Origin: an uncultured Candidatus Woesearchaeota archaeon | Lineage (GTDB): Archaea; Nanobdellota; Nanobdellia; Woesearchaeales; GW2011-AR9 | Length of the DNA stretch: 64,000 bases | Assembly (NCBI GenBank): GCA_902529885.1 | Contig: CABZYC010000001.1 | Span: 25,719-89,718, forward strand | Reading direction: 5' to 3' | In this document: piece after piece, positions 50,613 to 60,078 of the stretch | How positions within the stretch are numbered: position 1 is the stretch's first letter | Layout: every line of letters begins with the position of its first letter | Made by a program: the position numbers and the translations under genes | Notes under the pieces: generated by a model | The model's database searches: none | What the model saw: the letters and a program-made list of their open reading frames with translations, nothing else | Told to the model about the DNA's origin: nothing

Positions 50613-51032
50613 TTAAATTTTTCCCGTACTACCAAAACCTTTTTGACCGCGATCAGACTCTAAAAGAGTGTCCACAACAATAATATCGCCCAAGTAAACT
50701 TGTTGTAATAATAACTGCGCTATTTTGTGACCTTGTTGAATCGTGTACGAAGAGTTAGATGCATTGTACAAAATCACCTTAATTTCACCAGTATACCCTG
50801 AATCGATCACGCCACCCATACAGTGTAAACCATGTTTTAAAGCAAGGCCACTTTTCTCCCAGATTAAACCAACATAACCAACAGGTATACCAAGACTAAC
50901 CCCCGTCCTAACAGGCACACGATCACCAGGGTTAACAACAATTGATTCATCAGAAAATAAGTCTAAACCAGCATCAGAAACATGTGCACGACGAGGCACT
51001 TTCGCAGTAGAGGTTAACAAACAAACCTTCAT
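50613..51032 (-). CDS. dut: dUTP diphosphatase (trimeric dUTPase)
   Basis: 139 aa with motifs AGLDL, GxxDSGYTGEI and C-terminal RGQKGFGSTG. Confidence 0.8.
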   Translation of the reverse strand: MKVCLLTSTAKVPRRAHVSDAGLDLFSDESIVVNPGDRVPVRTGVSLGIPVGYVGLIWEKSGLALKHGLHCMGGVIDSGYTGEIKVILYNASNSSYTIQQGHKIAQLLLQQVYLGDIIVVDTLLESDRGQKGFGSTGKI

Positions 51033-51733
51033 CGTTTCCTCATAAAAGCTAAAAAACCACTATGAGCAACCATCGTTGTTTGAGGACGAAGAATAGAAGC
51101 CTCATGTTTCCAGGGACGCTCTAAAAGTTCACACACATGTTCTAATTCAAAAGAAGACACAGGCATAGCACACAGAGTTTTTTGTAGCTGAACAGTGTTG
51201 GGTAAGTATACAACCATGTATCCACCCTGGACAAGATTTTGTTGGCAAAGGTCAAAAAATAACCAAGGTTCAGGAAGATCTAAACTAAATAAATCTACAC
51301 CAGTAACACAATGTTGTTCGACCGAACCAAAAGTTAAAGTGACATTGCCAACACCACAAACATTTTCTTTACAAATCTCATAATGTTTTTGATTAATTTC
51401 ATACGCATATACATGCTGAACCAATGAAGAAAGCACAAGGGTTTGATGAGCGCCACCGCAGCCTGCATCAACAACAATACTTTGAGGTGTTAACCCAGTC
51501 CGAGCAATGATATAACCAGTATCTTTAGCTTGTACAACCTGTGGGCCACGCTTAGTATGACGCAAGATATCTTGAGTCCGCGCAGGATATATTTGTACAG
51601 TACCACCATGTTCAAAATTGTACTGAGAAGGACATTGTAACCATTCAGACTTCACAAGACCAGCAGGCGTATAAAAATCAGCATCAATATCTGTTACTAG
51701 ATACTCCTTATTTGTTTTTACAATTACAACCAT
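51029..51733 (-). CDS. trmI: tRNA (adenine57/58-N1)-methyltransferase TrmI/Gcd14-like
   Basis: 234 aa: KRGPQVVQAKDTGYIIARTGLTPQSIVVDAGCGGAHQT (SAM motif I) and C-terminal RPQTTMVAHSGFLAFMRKR, collinear with archaeal TrmI. Confidence 0.75.
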   Translation of the reverse strand: MVVIVKTNKEYLVTDIDADFYTPAGLVKSEWLQCPSQYNFEHGGTVQIYPARTQDILRHTKRGPQVVQAKDTGYIIARTGLTPQSIVVDAGCGGAHQTLVLSSLVQHVYAYEINQKHYEICKENVCGVGNVTLTFGSVEQHCVTGVDLFSLDLPEPWLFFDLCQQNLVQGGYMVVYLPNTVQLQKTLCAMPVSSFELEHVCELLERPWKHEASILRPQTTMVAHSGFLAFMRKR

Positions 51734-51763
51734 GGAAGAAATACTAAACCTACACTTATAAAA

Positions 51764-52867
51764 TTATTTTAATAAATTTCGCAAGAAAAGTAAAAATGAC
51801 CATAAAATAATTATTGCAATTGGGCCAAGAATGACATAAAGAGCAATCTCCAATTCACTCAAATCCCTGAATTCTGTCCCAACAGAAACACTCTGGACAG
51901 AAGTATCTAGCGAAGATACAGAATCGGTTTCAGCTACAGAGTTATCTTCAATAATAGTTTCTGTTTCAGTAACTTCTTCAACAAGACTAGAATTAATACA
52001 AGTATCGTAAGAGATGTGAGAATAATCTGCGTTACTCCCATCAGGATTATATACACGTAAGATAAAATCGTCTGACACAGTTGTTAACAAAGATCCACTG
52101 TATGACCCATAACCAGTATTTGATCCCACAGAGAAATAATCATATTCCAATAAACTCGAACCACTATCAACACGGATTATAGCATCATCAACATCAGATA
52201 ATGCCAAATTTTCAACTGTGTACTGGACGATACCTTCACAAGCATCAAACGACACATCAGCCAATACAAGGTCGTTTTCTGAACGTTGCACCGAAATCTC
52301 GAAAAAACCAGTGTATTCCACACCATATTGATCAGTTAATAAAAAAGTTAAGTCATACTCACCATCATTAATGGTTGAAGGGACATCAAACGTGTAACGT
52401 TCAGTATTTGAAGATAAAGAAGACAACAAGATAGTATCTTCAAAATCAACATTAAAATTATTATCTGAAACTTCAAGTAAAACAGTGTTTGATACATCAT
52501 AAAAATTAGTTATTAAAAAACTTAATTCTATCTCATCACCGGGACTCGCATAGTCAGAAGAACTAAACACATAACTTAACTCTACTTCCAAAGAATTATA
52601 TTCAGCAGTCACAACAACTTCTTCCCCTTCAACTAACAAAGTTGCAAGGTAAGCAGCAGTATAATAAGAAGGCACAAACAGATATACGCCATCATCAAGC
52701 AAGCTATCAACATCAGAATCAATTATAGATGCGTTTACATCCAAAAATAAGGTATGGTCGCCACTAGAAAAATCAATGGGGACCACCATTGCATGAATTA
52801 AGATACTACTTAGAACCCATATAAAAAAACTTCTCAATACTAACATCTTCATCTTTATAATTCCCAC
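51764..52867 (-). CDS. Secreted, C-terminally anchored surface protein (Ser/Asp/Thr-rich)
   Basis: 367 aa with a signal peptide, a beta-rich acidic ectodomain, and a C-terminal TM helix followed by a short basic tail (LRNLLK). Confidence 0.5.
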   Translation of the reverse strand: MGIIKMKMLVLRSFFIWVLSSILIHAMVVPIDFSSGDHTLFLDVNASIIDSDVDSLLDDGVYLFVPSYYTAAYLATLLVEGEEVVVTAEYNSLEVELSYVFSSSDYASPGDEIELSFLITNFYDVSNTVLLEVSDNNFNVDFEDTILLSSLSSNTERYTFDVPSTINDGEYDLTFLLTDQYGVEYTGFFEISVQRSENDLVLADVSFDACEGIVQYTVENLALSDVDDAIIRVDSGSSLLEYDYFSVGSNTGYGSYSGSLLTTVSDDFILRVYNPDGSNADYSHISYDTCINSSLVEEVTETETIIEDNSVAETDSVSSLDTSVQSVSVGTEFRDLSELEIALYVILGPIAIIILWSFLLFLRNLLK

Positions 52868-53288
52868 TACGCGGATTTATTGGAACAGCAGGTTTAGGCG
52901 GCGAAGGAGCAGCTTGAGGAGGAGGAGGCGCTACTTGGGAAGGAGGTACCGACCCTGCTGGCGCATGAGGTAACTCTTCAACACGTATACGACCCTTTGA
53001 AGCAAGTTTTTGTTCAACTTCATTAAGACGTTTTGAAAAATCCTTTATTGTTTTCACTAAAAATTGAGTGTTTTTCTCAAGAATTTCGTGTAATTTTTCT
53101 TCAGTCATAGCATCTTGTTTAGGAGCCAATGTCTCTTCTACTACCTCGACACGACTTGGAGTCTGTACATCATAAATTCGTTCAGCCTGCCGGATTGCAT
53201 CATCTTTATCGCTCGCCAAACCTTGTTTCACAAGATTGTTAGCAAGCATGTTCACCTTCTGAATACGATCTATATCCATATTCAGCAA
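52806..53288 (-). CDS. Hypothetical protein with helical N-domain and Pro-rich linker
   Basis: 160 aa. N-terminal helical region, PPPPQAAPSPPKP linker, and C-terminal NYKDEDVSIEKFFYMG. It overlaps the downstream gene by about 60 nt. Confidence 0.45.
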   Translation of the reverse strand: MLNMDIDRIQKVNMLANNLVKQGLASDKDDAIRQAERIYDVQTPSRVEVVEETLAPKQDAMTEEKLHEILEKNTQFLVKTIKDFSKRLNEVEQKLASKGRIRVEELPHAPAGSVPPSQVAPPPPQAAPSPPKPAVPINPRSGNYKDEDVSIEKFFYMGSK

Positions 53289-53322
53289 CCTATCTTTTGA
53301 TGTTTATATGAATTGCTATTCT

Positions 53323-53463
53323 CTAACAATTAAGAAGTGGCAATTTGAAAGGGATTGTACCATTGTTCATCAGCACGACTAATACGGCCATTACAACTAA
53401 ACCTGCAAGTAAACCATAAAAGAAAAACTGTAATTCTATTAACCCTAATTGTGCTTTTTTCAT
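53323..53463 (-). CDS. Possible small single-TM protein
   Basis: Hand-translated 46 aa MKKAQLGLIELQFFFYGLLAGLVVMAVLVVLMNNGTIPFKLPLLNC, in the long AT-rich spacer upstream of tfb. No family recognised. Confidence 0.25.
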   Translation of the reverse strand: MKKAQLGLIELQFFFYGLLAGLVVMAVLVVLMNNGTIPFKLPLLNC

Positions 53464-53578
53464 AATACCAAATAGATACAAGAAGTATTTATTATTTTGC
53501 ATTGACAGATATTGTCTAAAATAGAAACATTTATAAATGAAAGTAGCTGCAAGTATATAAGTTTATCGGAGCAAAACC

Positions 53579-54490
53579 ATGAGGAAGTCCACAAAAGAAT
53601 GCCCAGATTGTGCAAGTCGAAACTTGTATAATAATACAGAGAAAGGAGAGTTAGCTTGTCGAGATTGCGGATTAATCATTGAAGAAAGAATGATTGATTT
53701 TTCACAAGAATGGCGAGATTTTGAAGATGATGGTCGAAGTAAAAGGCGAACAGGTGCTCCAACAACGCAAACAAGTTATGATCAAGGTTTAGGTACAGAG
53801 ATAGGTACTACTTCAGATTATTACAAATTAGGTAAAGATAAGGACAAATTTTTTAGGTTACGTAAATGGCAGTACCGTATTAGTACTGCAATTGAACGAA
53901 ACTTAAAAGTTGCATTAGCAGAACTTAAACGAGTTAGTTCTTTCTTAAAATTGCCTCACCAAGTTGAAGAAGAAGCAGCAAGAATCTATCGGCAAGCTGT
54001 ACAGAAAGGTTTAGTTCGTGGACGTAGCATGGAATCGGTTGTTGCAGGAGCACTATATGCTGCGTGCCGTCGTCACGAAGTCCCTCGTACACTAGATGAG
54101 ATGGGTGAAGCGAGCGGTATCGAAAAAAAGGAAATTGGGCGAACATACAGGTTTATCACAAGAGAATTAAAAATCAGTATTAGGCCTAGTAACCCAAGCG
54201 ATTATATTCCTCGGTTCGCAAGCGCATTAAAATTGTCACCCGAAACACAAAGTAAAAGTGTGAAAATTTTAGAGATGGCACGCGATGTTGAACTAACATC
54301 GGGTCGTGGACCAACAGGCATAGCTGCAGCAGCATTGTATGTTGCATCACTTATCCATGGCGAAAAACGTACCCAAAGGGAAGTTGCTGATGTAGCGGGC
54401 GTTACAGAAGTAACAATACGTAACAGGTATAAAGAATTAATACAACGCCTAGATTTAACTGAAGAAGTTGAAAAACATAAAAAAAGGTAA
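53579..54490 (+). CDS. tfb: Transcription initiation factor TFB (TFIIB)
   Basis: 303 aa. N-terminal Zn ribbon CPDC...CRDCG, B-reader/linker, and two cyclin-fold repeats. Confidence 0.9.
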   Translation: MRKSTKECPDCASRNLYNNTEKGELACRDCGLIIEERMIDFSQEWRDFEDDGRSKRRTGAPTTQTSYDQGLGTEIGTTSDYYKLGKDKDKFFRLRKWQYRISTAIERNLKVALAELKRVSSFLKLPHQVEEEAARIYRQAVQKGLVRGRSMESVVAGALYAACRRHEVPRTLDEMGEASGIEKKEIGRTYRFITRELKISIRPSNPSDYIPRFASALKLSPETQSKSVKILEMARDVELTSGRGPTGIAAAALYVASLIHGEKRTQREVADVAGVTEVTIRNRYKELIQRLDLTEEVEKHKKR

Positions 54491-55377
54491 TGTACGTTAA
54501 CCAAGAAACATTAAAACAGTTTGAAGCGGCACGTGAACAATGTGTGTTATGCCGCCTTATTGATGGTAATATCCCAGCAGACCCACTTTTTTCTAATGAA
54601 CAAATCTCATTATTCAAAGAAATTCGTCCTAAAGTTAACGGGCAATTGTACATTACCACACACACACATTATCCTTTATTAGCCTATGTGCCATACGAAG
54701 TAACAACACAACTTTTTGGATGTATCCCACAAATTGTTGAAGAGTTACGTAAACAGGTTGCGTGCACAGGAGTCGACGTTCTCATTGTGGCGGGCGGTGT
54801 TGCCGGACAAACTGTTGGCCACGTCAAAATTGATGTGTACCCGCGAGATCCATCGGACGGCGTGTACGATTTTATGATAAAACCAACAGTTGCAACTGAA
54901 AGGAAAGATATGTTAGCAAACAACCTTACAATCATGCTACGTAATCATGCACGACGTAATGGAATTAAACCTATCATCTCCAAAAAAGATGTTCCCGGAG
55001 CAATATATCAAGATAACCATTGTGCCGTATTATGCCCAGAGAAAGGTGTTACAAAAGGACACCTCATCATAAAAAGTAAAGTTAACAATAATGTGGAAGA
55101 ATGGAGTACTGAACATGCAGCGCACATGCTATACGTTGCATCTTTTGCATCAACAGCCTTGTTTGAAGGATTAGGAGCTCAAGGTACAACCATACTACTA
55201 CGCTCAGGACAATCAGACAGGCAGGGGTCTTGTAAGGTCCATGTTATCGCACGTTTTCCTGACGATGACTGCGAGATTACACCCTTAACAGGGAACAAAG
55301 ATAATCGTCTAAACAAAATGAGCATCACTTTCAAAAAAGAAAGAAGTGTGTTTGACGACCTCGCAAGTTTAATATAA
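54490..55377 (+). CDS. Tandem HIT-like domain protein with degenerate histidine triad
   Basis: 295 aa. CVLCRLIDGNIPA resembles the HIT CIFCKII.GEIPA, and GGVAGQTVGHVKIDVYPR resembles AGQ.V.HxHxHxxPR with the triad degenerated to H-x-K-x-D. The second half repeats the pattern (GAQGTTILLRSG...CKVHVIARF). Confidence 0.45.
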   Translation: MYVNQETLKQFEAAREQCVLCRLIDGNIPADPLFSNEQISLFKEIRPKVNGQLYITTHTHYPLLAYVPYEVTTQLFGCIPQIVEELRKQVACTGVDVLIVAGGVAGQTVGHVKIDVYPRDPSDGVYDFMIKPTVATERKDMLANNLTIMLRNHARRNGIKPIISKKDVPGAIYQDNHCAVLCPEKGVTKGHLIIKSKVNNNVEEWSTEHAAHMLYVASFASTALFEGLGAQGTTILLRSGQSDRQGSCKVHVIARFPDDDCEITPLTGNKDNRLNKMSITFKKERSVFDDLASLI

Positions 55378-55397
55378 ACTAAACTTGTATTGAGCCT

Positions 55398-56579
55398 ATG
55401 AAACACGTACGTATAGAATTTGAAGGTAGCAAATACGAAGGAATACTCATCACTGAATCACCTTTATTCATCAAACTAAAATCTGGGTACAACATGGGGT
55501 TCCCAGATACTGCAACCATTGTTGATACGACAGAAATTAATACTGAAAAAGTACAACCTAACATCAAAAAAAATGATAAGTTACCAACATTAAACATCGT
55601 CCATTGTGGGGGGACAATAGCTAGCACAGTAGACTATACAACGGGTGCTGTAAATGCTAATATTACACCAGAACAGTTCTTAGGCATCTACCCCGAACTT
55701 CAACAAAAAGTTAACCTTAACTTACACTTAATGGACAATATAATGAGTGAAAACATGCGGCTCTCTGATTATAATAAACTAATTGAAATTATTAAAAATA
55801 TTGATGGTCCAATCGTTATCACGCATGGTACAGACACAATGCATTATACAGCAGCAGCACTAAGCTTTGCAGTAAGACGACATGAACCTATTGTTTTAGT
55901 AGGGGCACAACGTTCACCCGACAGGGGCAGCAGTGATGCGTATCTTAACCTTAATGCAGCAGTGACATATGCACTTAATACAAAAGATGAAGGAGTAAGC
56001 GTATGTATGCACGACAGTATCAGTGATGATAAGGCAGTAATTATTACAGGTACACACACACGCAAAATGCATAGTAGTAAACGTGATGCATTCAAAAGTG
56101 TTAATGTGAGACCTCTTGCATACGTAAAAGATGCAATTGAACAAATTTGGAGCAGAAAAGTTAAGGATGTCCGATATTCTTCATTCAACGAAACTTTGAA
56201 AATTACTTATGTCTATGCACACCCACACATGCATGTAGAAGAGATACCATCTAATTTTGATGGTATTGTATTACTAGGTACAGGACTTGGACACATGCCA
56301 GTAAGCGACCACAAAGAAAATGAAGGTATACTCAATAAAATAGAAGAAGCTTGTAAAAATACAACAATTGTAGCGTCAACACAATGTATTTCTGGACGAA
56401 CAAACCTTAATGTGTATACACCTGGACGAATATTAGAAAAGGTAGGAATATTACAATCACCTGGGCTGCTTCCACCAGACACCATATTTTTGAAGCTAGC
56501 ATTTTGTCTTAGTAACCCAGAATTCACAGTAAATTCAAATATTATTGGAGAATTAGATTACCCAGAGGTCATAGAATGA
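55398..56579 (+). CDS. gatD: Glu-tRNA(Gln) amidotransferase subunit D-like (asparaginase-family)
   Basis: 393 aa. A GatD-type N-terminal domain (IKLKSGYNMGF) plus an asparaginase domain (IVHCGGTIAS, ITHGTDTM). Confidence 0.65.
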   Translation: MKHVRIEFEGSKYEGILITESPLFIKLKSGYNMGFPDTATIVDTTEINTEKVQPNIKKNDKLPTLNIVHCGGTIASTVDYTTGAVNANITPEQFLGIYPELQQKVNLNLHLMDNIMSENMRLSDYNKLIEIIKNIDGPIVITHGTDTMHYTAAALSFAVRRHEPIVLVGAQRSPDRGSSDAYLNLNAAVTYALNTKDEGVSVCMHDSISDDKAVIITGTHTRKMHSSKRDAFKSVNVRPLAYVKDAIEQIWSRKVKDVRYSSFNETLKITYVYAHPHMHVEEIPSNFDGIVLLGTGLGHMPVSDHKENEGILNKIEEACKNTTIVASTQCISGRTNLNVYTPGRILEKVGILQSPGLLPPDTIFLKLAFCLSNPEFTVNSNIIGELDYPEVIE

Positions 56580-56818
56580 AACGATTTATAATTTTATTAT
56601 TACTTATTGCTTGTCAAACAGAAATAAGTGCAGAACAATCTTGTGAGACAACAGCAGACTGTAGCGCCGCACAATGTTGTCATGCGACAGAAGCCATCAA
56701 TAATGAGTATGCACCAAACTGTGAAGGAATAATGTGCAGTTTAAACTGTGAACCAGATACACTTGATTGTGGCCAGATGCAAATTAAGTGTATAGAAAAC
56801 AGGTGTAGTATTATATGA
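56576..56818 (+). CDS. Small secreted Cys-rich protein
   Basis: 80 aa with a signal peptide and 10 Cys (CETTADCSAAQCCHA...CEGIMCSLNCEPDTLDCG...CIENRC). It resembles the Cys module of the 16226 protein. Confidence 0.5.
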   Translation: MKRFIILLLLIACQTEISAEQSCETTADCSAAQCCHATEAINNEYAPNCEGIMCSLNCEPDTLDCGQMQIKCIENRCSII

Positions 56819-57333
56819 AAACTATAGAAGAAAATTTGCGAGAATTCATTTTTGGTGTTGAAGATGGACTTATTGGCAATTTAGGTGTGGTCATTGGACT
56901 TGCAGCTGCCAACGCACCAAACAACCTGATCTTATTAGCTGGGCTCGCAACAATGTTTGGACAATCAATCAGTATGAGTGCAGGGAACTATCTTAGTATT
57001 AAATCTGAAAAAGAATATTTTGAAGTTAATAAAAAAGAACGAAAGTATGGAAAAAAGTATGCTGAAAAAAAAGGCGTATTTATTAGTACACTAGTTATGG
57101 GCAGCTCTGTTTTTTTAGGAGCAGCAATACCAGTTAGCAGCTACCTCCTATTCCCTGGAGAAAAAGGGATCATGCCGTCTATCCTCCTAACATTAACTGC
57201 ATTGTTTTTAGTGGGAGTATACAAGAGCGGGACCACAAAAAGAGCATGGTTCAAAAGTGGGTCTGAGATGGTAATAGTTGGAACCATTGCAGCAACAGCA
57301 GGGTACACAATAGGCCTATTATTAGGGATATAA
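56815..57333 (+). CDS. VIT1/CCC1-family (DUF125) membrane protein
   Basis: 172 aa: FGVEDGLIGNLGVVIGLAAA plus C-terminal TM helices. Confidence 0.6.
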   Translation: MKTIEENLREFIFGVEDGLIGNLGVVIGLAAANAPNNLILLAGLATMFGQSISMSAGNYLSIKSEKEYFEVNKKERKYGKKYAEKKGVFISTLVMGSSVFLGAAIPVSSYLLFPGEKGIMPSILLTLTALFLVGVYKSGTTKRAWFKSGSEMVIVGTIAATAGYTIGLLLGI

Positions 57334-57372
57334 CAAAACTTAAAAGTAAACACCCTACATCAATAGATGAAT

Positions 57373-57456
57373 GTGGGTGTGCCGGAGTGGTCAAACGGGC
57401 TAGGTTGAGGGCCTAGTGGCTTAGTGCCTGCGCGAGTTCAAACCTCGTCACCCACA
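57373..57456 (+). tRNA. tRNA-Leu (GAG)
   Basis: GUGGGUGUGCCGGAGUGGUCAAACGGGCUAGGUUGAGGGCCUAG + long variable arm + GCGAGUUCAAACCUCGUCACCCAC. Perfect 7-bp acceptor, discriminator A, no CCA. Confidence 0.8.
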
Positions 57457-57490
57457 TAGCTTTTTATAAGCAGGATTGTTTCAATTAAAC

Positions 57491-58354
57491 ATGATCAAAA
57501 TTAAGTCCTTACACAAACGTTACCCTGGAATGCACGCAGTTAAAGGAATTAATCTTAACATAAAATCAGGTGAATTTTTTGCTTTATTAGGTCCGAACGG
57601 CGCAGGTAAAACTAGCATAATTGGTATGCTTACAGGTTTAACCACAATCTCAGAAGGTTCAATCAAAGTAGACAGCCACATAGCAGGTAGTGAGGAAGCT
57701 AAAAAAAAGATTGGTTTTGTCCCACAAGAATTTAACATGGACATTTTTGAGACGGCGTATAACGTGTTACACTATAATGCACAATATTTTAATGTTGAAA
57801 AACATGTAGAACGTGTAAATCTGTTACTAACAGAACTTGGGCTTTATGAACACCGTAATAAAAAAGTGAAGGAATTAAGTGGGGGAATGAAACGTAAGCT
57901 TATGATTGCAAGAGCATTATTACATGATCCAGAGATCATAATCTTAGATGAGCCAACAGCAGGAATAGACGTTGAATCACGCAAGTTTATTTGGAAATAT
58001 TTTCGTGAAGCTAATAAAAACGGAAAAACAATCTTGTTAACAACACATTATATTGAAGAAGCAGAACAGCTTTGTAACAGAGTAGGAATATTACACAAAG
58101 GAGAATTATTAGCAATAGAAAATGTGAAAGATCTTATGTTAAAATATAACATGCAGAAAGTTACACTCGATTTTAAAACTAAAAAAGATGCAGTACAATT
58201 TGCAGGGGACAAATATACAGTTAATAACAAATCAGTAACTGTCCCAGGGGAAAGATTCACTAAAATATTGGATGAGTTTACAACTGAAAAAATTGTACAA
58301 GTACACACGCACGATAAAAGCCTAGAAGAAATCTTCTTGGAGATGATACAATGA
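57491..58354 (+). CDS. ABC transporter ATP-binding protein
   Basis: Walker A GPNGAGKTS, signature LSGGMKRKL, Walker B ILDEPT. The start is taken at MIKIKSLHKRY. Confidence 0.85.
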   Translation: MIKIKSLHKRYPGMHAVKGINLNIKSGEFFALLGPNGAGKTSIIGMLTGLTTISEGSIKVDSHIAGSEEAKKKIGFVPQEFNMDIFETAYNVLHYNAQYFNVEKHVERVNLLLTELGLYEHRNKKVKELSGGMKRKLMIARALLHDPEIIILDEPTAGIDVESRKFIWKYFREANKNGKTILLTTHYIEEAEQLCNRVGILHKGELLAIENVKDLMLKYNMQKVTLDFKTKKDAVQFAGDKYTVNNKSVTVPGERFTKILDEFTTEKIVQVHTHDKSLEEIFLEMIQ

Positions 58355-59106
58355 ACGGATATAAACCAATCGTTGAAAGAGAAGTTAAAAGGATATTACG
58401 TATCTGGAAACAAACTTTATTACCCCCTCTTTTTACAACAATGTTGTACACAATAGTATTTGGGTTTAGCTTACAACGTAGTATTAGCGACATAAGTGGT
58501 TTTTCGTATATACAGTTTACTTTACCAGGTCTAATTGTAATGAGCGTTATAATGACTGCATTCAGTCAAAGTTGTAGTACCATATTCATCCAAAAATTTC
58601 ACGGAAATATACAAGAAATTTTAGTTTCACCAATTAAACCATTTACCTTCGTGCTTGCACATATTAGTGCCAGTATCTTTCGCGGAGGCATAATCGCAGT
58701 TATCTTAGCAATTTTTGGATTTGCAGCCATAGGTCTACCACTACAACACATTTTTTTTGCTACTATGTCAATATTGCTTAGCATTACACTTTTTTCAGTG
58801 TTAGGGATTTATACAGCATTATGGGCACGAAGTTTTGATCACCTACAAGTATTTCAAAATTTTCTTATTACCCCTCTTTCATTCTTAGGTGGCGTTTTTT
58901 ATAGTGTATCAACCTTACCACAACCATACCTAACCTTAAGCCAATTTAACCCCATATTTTACATTGTTGATTCTTTTAGGTACGGCCTTTTAGGTATACA
59001 AGAAGCTAAACCAATCATTAGCCTCATTATTCTAACTACATTATGTATTGTTGGTATTAGCCATGTAACTTACCTAGTACGTATTGGGTATAAAACAAAA
59101 CATTAA
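58351..59106 (+). CDS. ABC-2 type transporter permease
   Basis: 251 aa with 6 TM helices, translationally coupled to the ATPase gene. Confidence 0.75.
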   Translation: MNGYKPIVEREVKRILRIWKQTLLPPLFTTMLYTIVFGFSLQRSISDISGFSYIQFTLPGLIVMSVIMTAFSQSCSTIFIQKFHGNIQEILVSPIKPFTFVLAHISASIFRGGIIAVILAIFGFAAIGLPLQHIFFATMSILLSITLFSVLGIYTALWARSFDHLQVFQNFLITPLSFLGGVFYSVSTLPQPYLTLSQFNPIFYIVDSFRYGLLGIQEAKPIISLIILTTLCIVGISHVTYLVRIGYKTKH

Positions 59107-59131
59107 ATACCCTTTACGCTGTTTTAGAAGT

Positions 59132-59902
59132 ATGACATGGGACGTAACTTATCACGTGAAAAATAGAACGTTTTCTGACGCAGTACTCATTGAAGGTTTA
59201 CCTGGAATAGCTAATGTTGGTAAAATAGCAGTAGACTTTATGATTGACGAATTTAAAGCAAGGAAATTGTGTACATTTAGCTCAGATTACCTCCCACACA
59301 CCATGTTCATCAATGACAAAGGTATTATCAAACCACCAAAAATAAACCTTTACTATAAACGCCAAAAGAAAGGGCCAGACCTATTATTTCTCTCAGGAGA
59401 CGTCCAGCCAAGCAGTGAACATGCCTGCCATAGTTTATGTAGAACAATCATTACAATGGTCCCTGAATTAAACATTACTAAGATATTTACTACAGGAGGT
59501 ATAGGCCTACAAAGTGTACCAGACAATCCAACAGTCTACGGCACAGCAAACAGTGTTGAATTTCAAAAAGAACTTTCTAAAAAAAAGTATAAAATTAATA
59601 CTAATATTTACGGTGTTGTAGGGCCAGTGATGGGCGTGACCGGAGTTTTAGTAGCAAAATCACCAGTACCAGCTGCAGCGTTACTAGCTGAAACTTTTGG
59701 ACACCAGATGTATCTTGGTGTAAAAGGTGCAAAAGTAATTACCACTGTTTTAAGCAAACTTGTTTGTACTAAAATTAATACAAAACACCTTGGGAAAGAA
59801 GTTATGGACTTTGAAAACGAGGTTATGCAAAAAACTAAAGAGTTATTAGCTGAGACCGAGCTTGCAGGAGCAAAACCGTTAGATAACCATTACATTGGTT
59901 GA
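59132..59902 (+). CDS. PAC2-family (proteasome assembly chaperone 2-like) protein
   Basis: LIEGLPGIANVGKIAVDFMIDE near the N-terminus, typical of archaeal PAC2/COG1938. The start is taken at MTWDV. Confidence 0.55.
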   Translation: MTWDVTYHVKNRTFSDAVLIEGLPGIANVGKIAVDFMIDEFKARKLCTFSSDYLPHTMFINDKGIIKPPKINLYYKRQKKGPDLLFLSGDVQPSSEHACHSLCRTIITMVPELNITKIFTTGGIGLQSVPDNPTVYGTANSVEFQKELSKKKYKINTNIYGVVGPVMGVTGVLVAKSPVPAAALLAETFGHQMYLGVKGAKVITTVLSKLVCTKINTKHLGKEVMDFENEVMQKTKELLAETELAGAKPLDNHYIG

Positions 59903-60078
59903 AGTATACCAGAATTAATCCTATCTTCCTCTTTTTCTTTTCGACGATATTCCCTGTAAACATCATCTGGAACATATTTAGGTGGTCGTGCAAGTAATGT
60001 TTTTTTACCACACTCACAAACATGGTTAAAAGTATAAATCCAAGGTACATGCAGTTTGCAGACTTGTATTAGAACCAT
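59890..60078 (-). CDS. nop10: H/ACA RNP protein Nop10
   Basis: 62 aa: ...HVCECGKKTLLARPPKYVPDDVYREYRRK matches Nop10. Position directly downstream of aIF2-alpha. Confidence 0.75.
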   Translation of the reverse strand: MVLIQVCKLHVPWIYTFNHVCECGKKTLLARPPKYVPDDVYREYRRKEKEEDRINSGILQPM

